A DNA stretch of 64,000 bases from an uncultured Spirochaetota bacterium (lineage in GTDB: Bacteria; Spirochaetota; Brevinematia; Brevinematales; JAOACQ01). The stretch is from positions 128,001 through 192,000 of the forward strand of contig CAVYGN010000002.1 of NCBI GenBank assembly GCA_963768055.1. Reading direction: 5' to 3'. Numbering within the stretch: the first letter of the stretch is position 1; each line of letters starts with the position of its first letter. The notes beneath the pieces were generated by a model. It was given only the letters and a program-made list of their open reading frames with translations, ran no database searches and had not been told where the DNA came from. Both the position numbers and the translations under genes were made by a program. Shown here one piece after another: positions 29,385 to 39,254 of this stretch.

Positions 29385-31193
29385 CTATTCGTCGTCGCTG
29401 CGTTTGAGAACCTCGATGAAGGCTTCCTGCGGTATATTGACATTACCTATAGTTTTCATACGCTTCTTGCCCTCCTTCTGCTTTTCAAGGAGCTTTCTTT
29501 TCCTTGTTATGTCCCCGCCGTAGCATTTCGCTGTAACATCCTTGCGGAGAGCCTTGATAGTTTCGCGGGCGATGATCTTGCTTCCGATAGCGGCCTGCAC
29601 CGGTATCTGGAACAGGTGCTGGGGGATAAGATCACGGAGTTTCTCGCATACATTACGGGCCCTTACATAAGCATTTTCCTCATGGACCATCTGGGCGAGG
29701 GCGTCAACCGGCTTTCCATTTACAAGGATTTCCATCCTGACGATCCTGCCGGGCCTGAATTCAAGAAATTCGTAATCGAACGATGCGTAACCCTTTGAAA
29801 AAGATTTGAGCTTGTCATAAAAATCATATATGATCTCGGCAAGGGGAAGCTCGCATTTCACCTCGACCCTTGTAGAATCTATGTACAGCATGTTCTTCTG
29901 GATCCCTCTCCTTTTCTGGATAAGGTCGAGGATAGTGCCCAGGAAATCGTTCGGCATTATTATACGCGCGCTCACGAAAGGTTCCTCTATGAGAGATACG
30001 TTCGAAGGGTCGGGCAGTTCCATCGCGCTTTCAATATAAATAGTTTCCCCGTTTGTAAGTTTTATCATATATTCTACGGAAGGTACGGTGGATATAATAT
30101 TCAGGTTGAATTCGTTCTCCACCCTTTCCTGGATTATCTGCAGATGAAGCAGGCCCAGGAAACCGCATTTGAAACCCATTCCCAGAGCGCCCGAATTCCA
30201 CTTGGCGAATGAAAGCGAAGCGTCGTTCAGCTTGAGCTTGAAGAGGGCTTCATTAAGTTCGTTGAATTGTTCCCCATCGATAGGGAAAAGCCCGGCGAAA
30301 ACATACTGCTTTGGAGGCTTGTAGCCTTCAAGGGGTTTGCTGCAGGGTCTTTCCTTCGAAGTGATCGTATCTCCTACGCCGAACTCCGAGATCGATTTTA
30401 TACCCGCTATTATATATCCAACCTCGCCCGCTTTGAGACCGTCCTTTTTAAGGAGGGACATCCTCATCAGCCCGGTCTCTTCGACATGATAATCCCTTTT
30501 GGAGAGCATGAAGGTTATCTCGTCGCCTGGACTCACCGAACCCTCGTAAACCCTGACCTTGACGATAACACCCCTGTAAATATCATAGTACGAATCGAAG
30601 ACAAGGGCTTTCAGGGGAGCGTTTTCATCTCCCCCGGGGGGAGGAATTCTCCCGACTATCGCCTCGAGAACTTCTTCGATCCCCAATCCCGACTTGGCGC
30701 TTATGAGAAGGGCTTCCTCCGGGGTCAGGCCGAGGTCTTTTTCTATTTGTTCCTTTACCATGTCCACATGAGCGCTGGGAAGGTCGATCTTGTTGATGAC
30801 AGGAACTATCTCAAGGTTCTGTTCGAAGGCCAGGTAGAAATTTGAAAGGGTCTGGGCCTGGATACCCTGTGAAGCGTCGATCAGAAGCAGAACGCCCTCG
30901 CAGGCCCCGAGACTCCTTGAAACTTCGTAGGTGAAGTCTACATGGCCTGGTGTATCGATAAGGTTCAGGGTATAATCGTTTCCGTCCCTGGCCCTGTAAG
31001 GGACCGATACCGTGTGCGCCTTCACGGTAATCCCATGGTCTTTCTCGACCTGCATTGAATCGAGAACCTGTTCGACGGTCTTCGATCTATCTATCACGCC
31101 GGTCCTTTCAAGTATCCTGTCGGCAAGTGTGGACTTGCCATGATCTATATGGGCAATAATAGAGAAATTTCTGATCTTATCCCTGTAGGACAT
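29385..31193 (-). CDS. lepA: Elongation factor 4
   Basis: RNFSIIAHIDHGKSTLADR, GFLGLLH, KCYGGDITRKRKLLEKQKEGKKRMK. Confidence 0.99.
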   Translation of the reverse strand: MSYRDKIRNFSIIAHIDHGKSTLADRILERTGVIDRSKTVEQVLDSMQVEKDHGITVKAHTVSVPYRARDGNDYTLNLIDTPGHVDFTYEVSRSLGACEGVLLLIDASQGIQAQTLSNFYLAFEQNLEIVPVINKIDLPSAHVDMVKEQIEKDLGLTPEEALLISAKSGLGIEEVLEAIVGRIPPPGGDENAPLKALVFDSYYDIYRGVIVKVRVYEGSVSPGDEITFMLSKRDYHVEETGLMRMSLLKKDGLKAGEVGYIIAGIKSISEFGVGDTITSKERPCSKPLEGYKPPKQYVFAGLFPIDGEQFNELNEALFKLKLNDASLSFAKWNSGALGMGFKCGFLGLLHLQIIQERVENEFNLNIISTVPSVEYMIKLTNGETIYIESAMELPDPSNVSLIEEPFVSARIIMPNDFLGTILDLIQKRRGIQKNMLYIDSTRVEVKCELPLAEIIYDFYDKLKSFSKGYASFDYEFLEFRPGRIVRMEILVNGKPVDALAQMVHEENAYVRARNVCEKLRDLIPQHLFQIPVQAAIGSKIIARETIKALRKDVTAKCYGGDITRKRKLLEKQKEGKKRMKTIGNVNIPQEAFIEVLKRSDDE

Positions 31194-31264
31194 AACCGCT
31201 CCGGCAAATTATTACTGTAATTATAATAGAAGAACGGTTATTTATCAAAATTGGCCGTTTTCCC

Positions 31265-31924
31265 CTATTTGGATCCTGTAATCACCAATCCAAAACCGTT
31301 TTCAGTGACGGAATAATTCCCCAGAAGACTGTTTCTCAATAGCTCGGATATTTCATTGACTAAATATGCGGAACGAATGCTCGAAATCAGGCCATTTTTC
31401 ATAGATCTCTGTTTTACCATCGATTTCATCAGAAACAACAGTATTGGATTTATATTCCTTTTCAGATCGCCGATAAAAATTTTCCCGCCTTTTTTCAAGA
31501 CCCTTTCGATTTCATTAAAAACAGATACGGGTTTCGCCCATTCATGAAGGGATCCGCTGGTAAAAACACCATCAAAAGTATTATCCTCGAAAGGGAAATT
31601 TTTCGTCGCGTCCGACAGTACATAATTAACCCTGTCCGTAAGTCTGTAGTCCCCGGCGTTCTTTTCAGCCAATTTTTTCATATCGGGGCTTATTTCCAGT
31701 CCGGTCAGAACGGTATTATCCGTTTTTTTCAGCCATTCGAGTCCGAGATAACCGGGACCGGGGCCTATCTCAAGGGCCTTGGTGCCGGAGGTTATTCCCG
31801 CCTTGATAACCAGGTCGGTCATTATCAAACCCCGGTCCCTCATCCCCTTCTGGAAGGCGTTATAATCTGCAACAATACTTTCCCCCATTATCCCGCCTGT
31901 TTCAGGTACTCTGACTTTTTTCAT
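31265..31924 (-). CDS. Class I SAM-dependent methyltransferase
   Basis: LEIGPGPG, SLHEW, RVLKKGG; AAGGAG RBS before ATG 31924. Confidence 0.9.
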   Translation of the reverse strand: MKKVRVPETGGIMGESIVADYNAFQKGMRDRGLIMTDLVIKAGITSGTKALEIGPGPGYLGLEWLKKTDNTVLTGLEISPDMKKLAEKNAGDYRLTDRVNYVLSDATKNFPFEDNTFDGVFTSGSLHEWAKPVSVFNEIERVLKKGGKIFIGDLKRNINPILLFLMKSMVKQRSMKNGLISSIRSAYLVNEISELLRNSLLGNYSVTENGFGLVITGSK

Positions 31925-32006
31925 AACATTCTCCTTATATAGTTTAACTATAATATTAAACCTTGTATATTTAGTCATCAGTGGGTAGCTAACTACAGAC
32001 TGCCGA

Positions 32007-32534
32007 CTAATTCTCAAAATCCTCCAAAACGCTTTTCAGCCACTCCAGCTCCGCGTTGATGTGATATTCCGAATGAGAAAATACCGCCCTTGCGAATTTC
32101 GGGACTCCGGATCGGGATAACTGGCTTTTCTTATGCTCAGCCAGGTATCCGATAATATTTTCAATTACACTTATACGCTTTTTTATATAATCTTTAACAT
32201 CTCCGGGAGGGAGTTCGCCGGAAAAGAAAATTGCTATGTCAAGCGGATAATATTCACGGTCATAGTTACTCCACATATCCCTCAGAAGGGAGAAAAAATT
32301 ATCTAAACCCTTTTCAGTTATTTTATATATGCTTCTCGAAGGCCTGTTTCCCACTCTTTGCTCGCTCTCAATTTCAACCAGTCCTTCCTCGTTGAGTTTA
32401 TTTAATGCAAAATATATCGAACCGAAGGCGATTGAAGTCCAGTCTCCCATGTGATTCTCTATGATACGCTTCAATTCATATCCGTAAAGAGGTTTTTCCT
32501 TAAGGAGCCCTAAAATCACAACTTTCGTCGACAT
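32007..32534 (-). CDS. PadR-family transcriptional regulator
   Basis: ILGLL...P.YGYEL, GSIY..L..L, Y.IT.KG. Confidence 0.92.
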   Translation of the reverse strand: MSTKVVILGLLKEKPLYGYELKRIIENHMGDWTSIAFGSIYFALNKLNEEGLVEIESEQRVGNRPSRSIYKITEKGLDNFFSLLRDMWSNYDREYYPLDIAIFFSGELPPGDVKDYIKKRISVIENIIGYLAEHKKSQLSRSGVPKFARAVFSHSEYHINAELEWLKSVLEDFEN

Positions 32535-32554
32535 TAAATTAACCTCTTTTATCT

Positions 32555-32598
32555 TATACAATCTTGTATATTATAGATTATATATTTCATTTTGTCAA
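32555..32598 (-). promoter_or_regulatory. Consensus sigma70 promoter plus palindromic operator of padR
   Basis: TTGACA-17 bp-TATAAT (32598-32570) abutting TATACAA-TC-TTGTATA (32555-32570). Confidence 0.75.
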
Positions 32599-32644
32599 TA
32601 TCTTTTCGATATAGGATTTGGCTTCCGGACAAATAGCTGCCGGC

Positions 32645-33778
32645 TCACCCTTTCCTGTATTCCTTTGGTGTTATTCTTCCAATAGCCTTGAAAGTCCGGT
32701 TAAAATGCGTCACATTGTTGAATCCGACAGTAAAAGCTATTTCGGCTATCGTGAGATCGGTGGATGAAAGAAGGCGCTTGGCCTCGGAAATCCTGACAAG
32801 GTTCAAGTATTGTTTGAAACCGAGTTTGAAAAATTTCTTTAGAATATACCCGATCCTGTCGGGATGAATGCCCAATTCATGAGCCATTTTGAATTGCGTC
32901 AGATCCGGCTCGCCGTATGACCCGGCTAAATATTGAATTATCTTTTCCTTTTCACTGTCCGCCCTGTTTTTAACATCCTTTTTTTCATAAGCGATCATTA
33001 TAGCGGCGGACTTTTTCCTTTTTATCAGAAAAAATAAATAAGAGCTTATAAAAGAATACAATCCTACTCCGGCAAAAATACGGAGGAATAATAGAAAATG
33101 ATCCTGCCTGATCCTGAGTCCGCTAAGAGTAAATCCCGCCTTCTCGCCGACCGGGGCGTTGAAGCCCATCTGGATTTCAAGCCATATAATTTGCGAATAA
33201 TCGCGATACTTTGAAAAACTTTCGCGAATATGATTATAGGCGTACCACCATGCCTGGATCTGAAAATCCTTGAGGGGTAAATTATAGACATTCTTAGCAT
33301 TATCCAGAACACACTCGTACATCATGATATCGTAGCTCAGGACATTATGTTCCGTTGTTATCCTGTTATCGAAATTAAAGAAACTGAACTGAAGACTGCG
33401 GCTCCCGTAATCTTTCACTTCCACCTGAACATAATCATAGCCGTTTAAATCCAGTAATTTCAATTCGCCTAATCTAATCCAGAACCCGATAAACGGGGCA
33501 TACGGTATATAAGGAATATACGGATATAAATCGTAAGCCTTTTTAATTTTGTATTCAAGGTTGACGGTTTTATCATCAGCTTCAAAACCGAGGATATCCG
33601 CCTGATCATAAGAGTAGTCCCAATTATGCCCTGTAATCTGATAACCTTCAACGTTCGGAATGACGATTATATCGGCTTTATATGTTTTTAATAAATAATA
33701 AATCCCCGCGGAAGCAGGCAGGACAATCATAACAAAAGCAGTTATAAAGGGTTTTATCAATCTTTTCAATCCCGGCAT
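32645..33778 (-). CDS. Membrane-anchored AraC-family regulator with extracytoplasmic sensor domain
   Basis: TM-domain-TM then YLNLVRISEAKRLL...IAEIAF.VGF...HFNR.FK...TP..YR. Confidence 0.88.
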   Translation of the reverse strand: MPGLKRLIKPFITAFVMIVLPASAGIYYLLKTYKADIIVIPNVEGYQITGHNWDYSYDQADILGFEADDKTVNLEYKIKKAYDLYPYIPYIPYAPFIGFWIRLGELKLLDLNGYDYVQVEVKDYGSRSLQFSFFNFDNRITTEHNVLSYDIMMYECVLDNAKNVYNLPLKDFQIQAWWYAYNHIRESFSKYRDYSQIIWLEIQMGFNAPVGEKAGFTLSGLRIRQDHFLLFLRIFAGVGLYSFISSYLFFLIKRKKSAAIMIAYEKKDVKNRADSEKEKIIQYLAGSYGEPDLTQFKMAHELGIHPDRIGYILKKFFKLGFKQYLNLVRISEAKRLLSSTDLTIAEIAFTVGFNNVTHFNRTFKAIGRITPKEYRKG

Positions 33779-33886
33779 AAGCAGATTTTAGACAAAAACA
33801 AGGAAAATGTAAATTATTTCAGTCCAAAATGTTTAGGAAATATGCAATTTAATTGTTAGAATATTAATAATCATCCAGGAGGTCAT

Positions 33887-35281
33887 ATGAGATTGGATCT
33901 AAATTTTTTCAGGGCGGCTTTAACCATTGCCCTGTTCGCTTTTTCAGGCTGTTCGGGAACCCCCGATGATAAGAAAATTTCATCTATAATCGGCGGTTTT
34001 AAATGGTCGGGCTTTTATACATTCAGCATGGAGCTTGACGGCATTAAAGCGTATTTCGACCCCAACCCGGCAGAGATTTTAAAACCCCTCGGCAAAGCCG
34101 ATTATTACAAGGCCGGGATTATTTTCATCACACATGACAACAGCCATCTTGGCGATGCGGATGTCAAATCCATGCTTGAGGTGCTTACAAACAGCTTGAC
34201 CATTATTGTTATGCCGGTACAGGAGGCATTGTATTTAACAAACAGGAATTCCGGCTTTAATGTCATGGGACTTTTACCAGGAGAAAGCGGGAGGATAGGA
34301 GAACTTCATATCCAAACAGTCCCCGCATACGATACCATATTAAAGCTTATTGCGGTTGCCGATCATCCGCGCTCAAACAACTGGCTCGGATATATAATTT
34401 CAACAGGCGGGATCAGGATCTATTACACAGGTGCGTCCCAACTTATACCTGAAATGAGGGGCATCCGCTGCGATATTCTCATCGCCAATATTTACCTGAA
34501 GCCGGACGACATGTCCGGCCTTGTCACATTGGCACAATGGACCGGCGCGAAAGCAGTGATCCCTGTTGGGTATGCCCCGAACGGAGCTTATACAGAACAG
34601 CTTGAGCAGGTAAAGAAAGTTTTGTCCGGCAGGTGCTCGGTGATCATGCCGGAGATAGATACTGCCGAAGAGACCCTGTTCGACGCAGCAGCGAAAGGCG
34701 ATATCGAGTTTATCAAGAATTATCAGGGTAATGTCAACTCGATGAATAATTACGGCTGGACTGCAATAATAACCGCGGCCTATTACGGACAAACGGACTC
34801 TATTAAAGCCCTGATCGCTGCAGGGGCCGATGTCAAAACGGCGGATAAAGAGGGCAATACTGTTTTAATGATCGCCTCCCAGTATGGCCATACCGCCGCA
34901 GTTAAAGTCCTGATTGCAGCAGGGTCTGATGTAAATGCCGCTCATGAAAACGGCTGGATGCCTTTAATGAGGCCTGCCGAAGCCGCAAGCAATCATCCGG
35001 GCGGCGGTACTGCTTTAATGAACGCGGCCAGATTCGGGCATACGGACACTGTTAAAGCTTTGATCGATGCCGGTGCCGATGTTAACGCGGTGCGTTTCGA
35101 CGGCAAAACGGCTTTGATGGAAGCGGCCTACTACGGCTTTACCGGCACAGTTACAGCCCTGATAAAGGCCGGGGCAAATGTAAGCATGACCGATCATTAC
35201 GGAAGGACCGCTCTGATTTACGCAGCCTATAACAAGCATATTGACACGGTTAAAGTTTTGAAAGACGCAGGCGGGAAATAA
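33887..35281 (+). CDS. Lipoprotein: metallo-beta-lactamase-like fold fused to ankyrin repeats
   Basis: Lipobox FSGC; FDP, IFITHD, VPAY..HP...LGYII, IP; C-terminal G.TAL..AA..G repeats. Confidence 0.8.
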   Translation: MRLDLNFFRAALTIALFAFSGCSGTPDDKKISSIIGGFKWSGFYTFSMELDGIKAYFDPNPAEILKPLGKADYYKAGIIFITHDNSHLGDADVKSMLEVLTNSLTIIVMPVQEALYLTNRNSGFNVMGLLPGESGRIGELHIQTVPAYDTILKLIAVADHPRSNNWLGYIISTGGIRIYYTGASQLIPEMRGIRCDILIANIYLKPDDMSGLVTLAQWTGAKAVIPVGYAPNGAYTEQLEQVKKVLSGRCSVIMPEIDTAEETLFDAAAKGDIEFIKNYQGNVNSMNNYGWTAIITAAYYGQTDSIKALIAAGADVKTADKEGNTVLMIASQYGHTAAVKVLIAAGSDVNAAHENGWMPLMRPAEAASNHPGGGTALMNAARFGHTDTVKALIDAGADVNAVRFDGKTALMEAAYYGFTGTVTALIKAGANVSMTDHYGRTALIYAAYNKHIDTVKVLKDAGGK

Positions 35282-35322
35282 ACTTTTAGGGATGAAGAAA
35301 TTTATTATTGAAAGAAGTGATT

Positions 35323-36918
35323 ATGAAATGCTTAATAAAGATTATTCCTATATCGGCGCTTATAATTATAATTCAATACATGTTTCTTTTTTGCAGTAAT
35401 TATCCCGATACCGCATATTGGCCTAAAGAAAATTGGCGTACTTCTACTCCGGAGGAACAGGGTATAGACCCTGAGAAAATTTATCAGATGCTGAAGTTTT
35501 TAAAAGCAACTGAAAACATGCACTCAATCCTTATTATTCGTAACGGATATCTTGTAACCGAAACCTATTTCAGCCCGTACCGCAAAAATATTAGAGAATC
35601 CATTATTTCTCCAGTTAACAGCATTATTTCCGCTTTAGTCGGGATCGCGATACAGAAGGGTTATATTAAGGATGCAAATCAGAAGGTGTTGAATTTTTTC
35701 CCTGAATATTCGTTTTCAAACGTTACTGAAATGAAGAAAGCAATGACTATCGTTAATTTGTTATCCATGACTTCGGGGCTCGATTGGCCATGGAGACAGG
35801 ATCCGGTTCTAACCGGGATTATGATGAAATCCGAAGATCCTGTCAGGTATGTTCTTGATTTCCCTATGGCCTTGGAACCGGGAACCCGTTTTAGTTATTG
35901 CGGCGGGACAGGACATATTCTTTCCGCCATTATATGTAGAACTTCCGGAAAAAGCACTCTTGACTTTGCAGACGAATATCTTTTTAAACCTCTGGGCATC
36001 CATGGCGCCGTATGGCCTGCGGACACGTCCGGTATTAATTGGGGAGGTTTCGGGTTATGTCTAAGCCCCCTTGAATTAGCCAGATTCGGGTACCTCTACC
36101 TGCGCCATGGTGTCTGGGAAGGTAAACAATTGGTTCCCGCGGAATGGATTGAAGAATCGACAAAAAAACAGGTTAATTGGGATTTCTTTACAGAAGATAA
36201 TATTGAATACGGCTACAACTGGTGGATAGAACCTTTCGGTTATTCAGCCAGGGGATGGAGCGGCAATTATCTTTTTGTAATACCCGGGCTGGATATGGTA
36301 ATAGTTTTTACTGGAGAGAGCAGATATTTCACCCTTCATCAATCTCCTCCTCAGGTCACATCATTCAGAGGAGAATTCCGCGATACCGCACCTAACCGCT
36401 TTTTTTCACAATTGGTTTCCATGTATATTATTCCTTCTGTTAAATCCGTCAAGCCCCTTCCTCCTGATGAAAAAACCGACAGGGATATCAAAAACCTGAT
36501 TAAGGAAACCGAAAACCCGAAAGTTATTCCTGTGTTTCCGCTACCGGCGGAGGCTTATAAAATATCCGGTAAAACGATCGAATGCGGATCGAATGAGATG
36601 CACATCAATTCCTGTATCATGCATTTCGAACAAACGAATACATGTTTTATTACAATTTCATATGCCGGCGGCGGGGTGTATACCTTCGCCGCAGGACTGG
36701 ACGGTGTTTACCGGGCTTCAAAAATCCCGGGCCCGGTTGAAACAGCCTATAAGGGCGCCTGGATAGACGACTTTACTTTTATAATCGATGAGCAGGAATT
36801 ATGGGAATCTGAACGCTTGTTTTTAAGCTTTACTTTTGCCGGTAATACCGTTTCGATTGATGTGTCCGGCTCTGTCAGCGGACATTATGAGACTATTAAA
36901 GGGGTATTAAAAGATTAA
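35323..36918 (+). CDS. Beta-lactamase/AmpC-family serine hydrolase homologue
   Basis: WP...W..S.PEEQG, LLSMTSGL, PG..F.Y, LF.PLGI, LARFG.LYL..G.W.GKQ. Confidence 0.85.
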   Translation: MKCLIKIIPISALIIIIQYMFLFCSNYPDTAYWPKENWRTSTPEEQGIDPEKIYQMLKFLKATENMHSILIIRNGYLVTETYFSPYRKNIRESIISPVNSIISALVGIAIQKGYIKDANQKVLNFFPEYSFSNVTEMKKAMTIVNLLSMTSGLDWPWRQDPVLTGIMMKSEDPVRYVLDFPMALEPGTRFSYCGGTGHILSAIICRTSGKSTLDFADEYLFKPLGIHGAVWPADTSGINWGGFGLCLSPLELARFGYLYLRHGVWEGKQLVPAEWIEESTKKQVNWDFFTEDNIEYGYNWWIEPFGYSARGWSGNYLFVIPGLDMVIVFTGESRYFTLHQSPPQVTSFRGEFRDTAPNRFFSQLVSMYIIPSVKSVKPLPPDEKTDRDIKNLIKETENPKVIPVFPLPAEAYKISGKTIECGSNEMHINSCIMHFEQTNTCFITISYAGGGVYTFAAGLDGVYRASKIPGPVETAYKGAWIDDFTFIIDEQELWESERLFLSFTFAGNTVSIDVSGSVSGHYETIKGVLKD

Positions 36919-36975
36919 TAAAAGCCTCTTATGTCATAACAAATCTTTGAAATTTATTTTAGGAGGAATATCAAT

Positions 36976-37974
36976 ATGAAAAGTTGGTTGATTTCTATAT
37001 TGCTCACAATCCCCACTTTCATTTTCCCTGAAGAGACCCTTTTCGACGCGGCATCGAATGGCGACTCCAATTATATCTCTTCTTACATTTCAAACGGCGG
37101 AGATATCAACGCAAAAAACCTCACGAAAGACTATTTCGGCTGGAGCGCGTTGATGTTCGCCGTAGAATCCGGCAATGCCGGTACAGTCAAACTGCTGATA
37201 GGTGCTAAAGCCGATGTAAACTTAGAAGAACGTGTCTCTTACTCGACTCCGTTAATGTGCGCGGTCGATAACAATTTCACAAATATTATGAGACTGCTCC
37301 TCGGCGCCGGGGCGGACATTAATGCAAAGGACTCTTCAGGCTGGACAGCTTTGATGCATGCCGCCGCAGAGGGTTACATCGACGCAGCTAAAATTTTAAT
37401 TGAAACCGGGGCCGATATAAACACAGAAAATAACGACGGCTGGACCGCCTTGTCTTTCGCGTCATGGAACAAGCATGGAGATATTGTAAAAATCCTGAAA
37501 GACGCGGGGGAAACCCTGCTTGACGCTGCTACTAACGGCGATGTTTCGTTTATTAAAAATTTCAAGGGAAATATCGATCAGCCGCTGAATAATTACAGCA
37601 ATACCGCTTTAATGTTCGCGGTTCTCAAAGGCCAAAATGAGATTGTCAAAGCTCTTATAGTCCTTAAAGCCGATGTCAATGCAAAAACGATCAATGGCGA
37701 TACTGCATTAATGATTGCCTCAGAGAATGGAAAAACCGAAATCGTCAAAGAATTGATCGAAGCGGGGGCGGATATAAATGCGGCAAATTTTCACGATGTT
37801 ACGGCTTTAATGAACGCGGCCTTAAACGGTCAAATGGAGATTGTGAAATTATTGATCGGGGCAAAGGCCGATTTAAATAAAAAGAATGAATACGAATATT
37901 CCGCTTTGATGCTGGCCGATAAATACGGACACAAAGATATAGCCGATATTCTTAAAAAAGCAGGGGCGAAATAA
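36976..37974 (+). CDS. Exported ankyrin-repeat protein
   Basis: Signal peptide; about 8 TALM.A...G repeats. Confidence 0.93.
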   Translation: MKSWLISILLTIPTFIFPEETLFDAASNGDSNYISSYISNGGDINAKNLTKDYFGWSALMFAVESGNAGTVKLLIGAKADVNLEERVSYSTPLMCAVDNNFTNIMRLLLGAGADINAKDSSGWTALMHAAAEGYIDAAKILIETGADINTENNDGWTALSFASWNKHGDIVKILKDAGETLLDAATNGDVSFIKNFKGNIDQPLNNYSNTALMFAVLKGQNEIVKALIVLKADVNAKTINGDTALMIASENGKTEIVKELIEAGADINAANFHDVTALMNAALNGQMEIVKLLIGAKADLNKKNEYEYSALMLADKYGHKDIADILKKAGAK

Positions 37975-38048
37975 GCATATTATTAATTTACCTAGCGCCA
38001 TTTTGCGGTGAATTGCAATCTCTGTTATAATTCTACCCGGAGGAATTG

Positions 38049-38414
38049 ATGCTTCGCGTTTTATGCACTGCGTTAATAGCAGCTTTATTGTTTGTATCCT
38101 GCGGCGCTTATAAAAAACCTTCTCCCATAGAAATCAGCCGGATAATAATGGAGGAGTCGACTGTTTCAGGAGTAAAAATCTCCGAAGCCAAGATCGTACA
38201 GGACTTATTTGAAAAAAGGGACATGATTTTAAAAGTCAGGCTTAAAATCGGCGTTACGGCTCAACAAAACATAATAGCTCACTTCAAGAAAGGCAGGAAG
38301 GATTTTATGCCCGACTTCGTTTTCATGAAAAAGGGCGATCGGAGGATCATCGATGCCGACGCTGTGCTGGCGTACGGGTCTGATAAAAAATGGCATTTGA
38401 AAGAGTATTACTAA
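38049..38414 (+). CDS. Hypothetical lipoprotein
   Basis: Lipobox-like FVSC; GGAGG RBS. Confidence 0.7.
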   Translation: MLRVLCTALIAALLFVSCGAYKKPSPIEISRIIMEESTVSGVKISEAKIVQDLFEKRDMILKVRLKIGVTAQQNIIAHFKKGRKDFMPDFVFMKKGDRRIIDADAVLAYGSDKKWHLKEYY

Positions 38415-38437
38415 ATTGTAACCGCGGATCAGGTTAT

Positions 38438-39064
38438 ATGAATACGAAGAATATCAAACTTATTATCTTCGACCTGGGCAATGTCGTCATAAAAATTTCT
38501 TTCGATAAAATGTACCGGTTCTGGGCGGAAATCCTCAATATGGATTACAGCCAGGCCGTAAGCCGCTTTCATTTCGATAGTTTCTATGAGAGCTTTGAAA
38601 GAGGAGAAATCGATGGAGGGGCTTATTACAGGCATGTCAATACATGTTTAGGCGGGAAATTATCATTTGAAAATTTTATTACGGGATGGAATTCAATTTA
38701 CATTGGAATAGTCCCCGGTATAAAAACCCTCCTCTTAAGGCTTAAGAAAAATTATAAAATCATAGCTCTTACAAACACGAATGAGCTTCACCATCCCATG
38801 TGGAAAGAGCTTTACAAGGACGTACTCGCCTGCTTCGACTTCATATATTGTTCTTTCGAACTGAAAATGAGAAAACCTGATAAAGCAATATTCAACTACA
38901 TACTTAGGGCAAACGGGGTTAAACCGGAAGAAGCCCTTTTTCTCGACGATAATGAAGATAATATAAAACAGGCAGTCTCAATGGGGATATCCTCCATTTT
39001 AGCCGGTCCATCAATAAATATCGTTGAAAAGCTTGATCAATACCTTAGCATAACAATTTCATAA
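38438..39064 (+). CDS. HAD-family phosphatase (YihX-like)
   Basis: FDLGNV, LTNTN, RKPD, FLDDN..N. Confidence 0.9.
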   Translation: MNTKNIKLIIFDLGNVVIKISFDKMYRFWAEILNMDYSQAVSRFHFDSFYESFERGEIDGGAYYRHVNTCLGGKLSFENFITGWNSIYIGIVPGIKTLLLRLKKNYKIIALTNTNELHHPMWKELYKDVLACFDFIYCSFELKMRKPDKAIFNYILRANGVKPEEALFLDDNEDNIKQAVSMGISSILAGPSINIVEKLDQYLSITIS

Positions 39065-39096
39065 GGGCGGTTCTAATAACTGTCTTTCTTATTAAC
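39065..39096. repeat. Family-A terminal remnant
   Basis: GGGCGGTTCTAATAAC...TTATTAAC matches one MITE end. Confidence 0.5.
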
Positions 39097-39254
39097 TCAT
39101 AAATTATAATAGACAGGCTTTTCGTCCTTTGCATCCATGATGTCTTTAAACTTAGCATCATTTTCCATCCGATATTAATGAATATCGATTATCATAAAAT
39201 TATTTCATTTTTCCCGAATAATCGTTATACTTAACTGTAAGAAGGTTTATTAAA

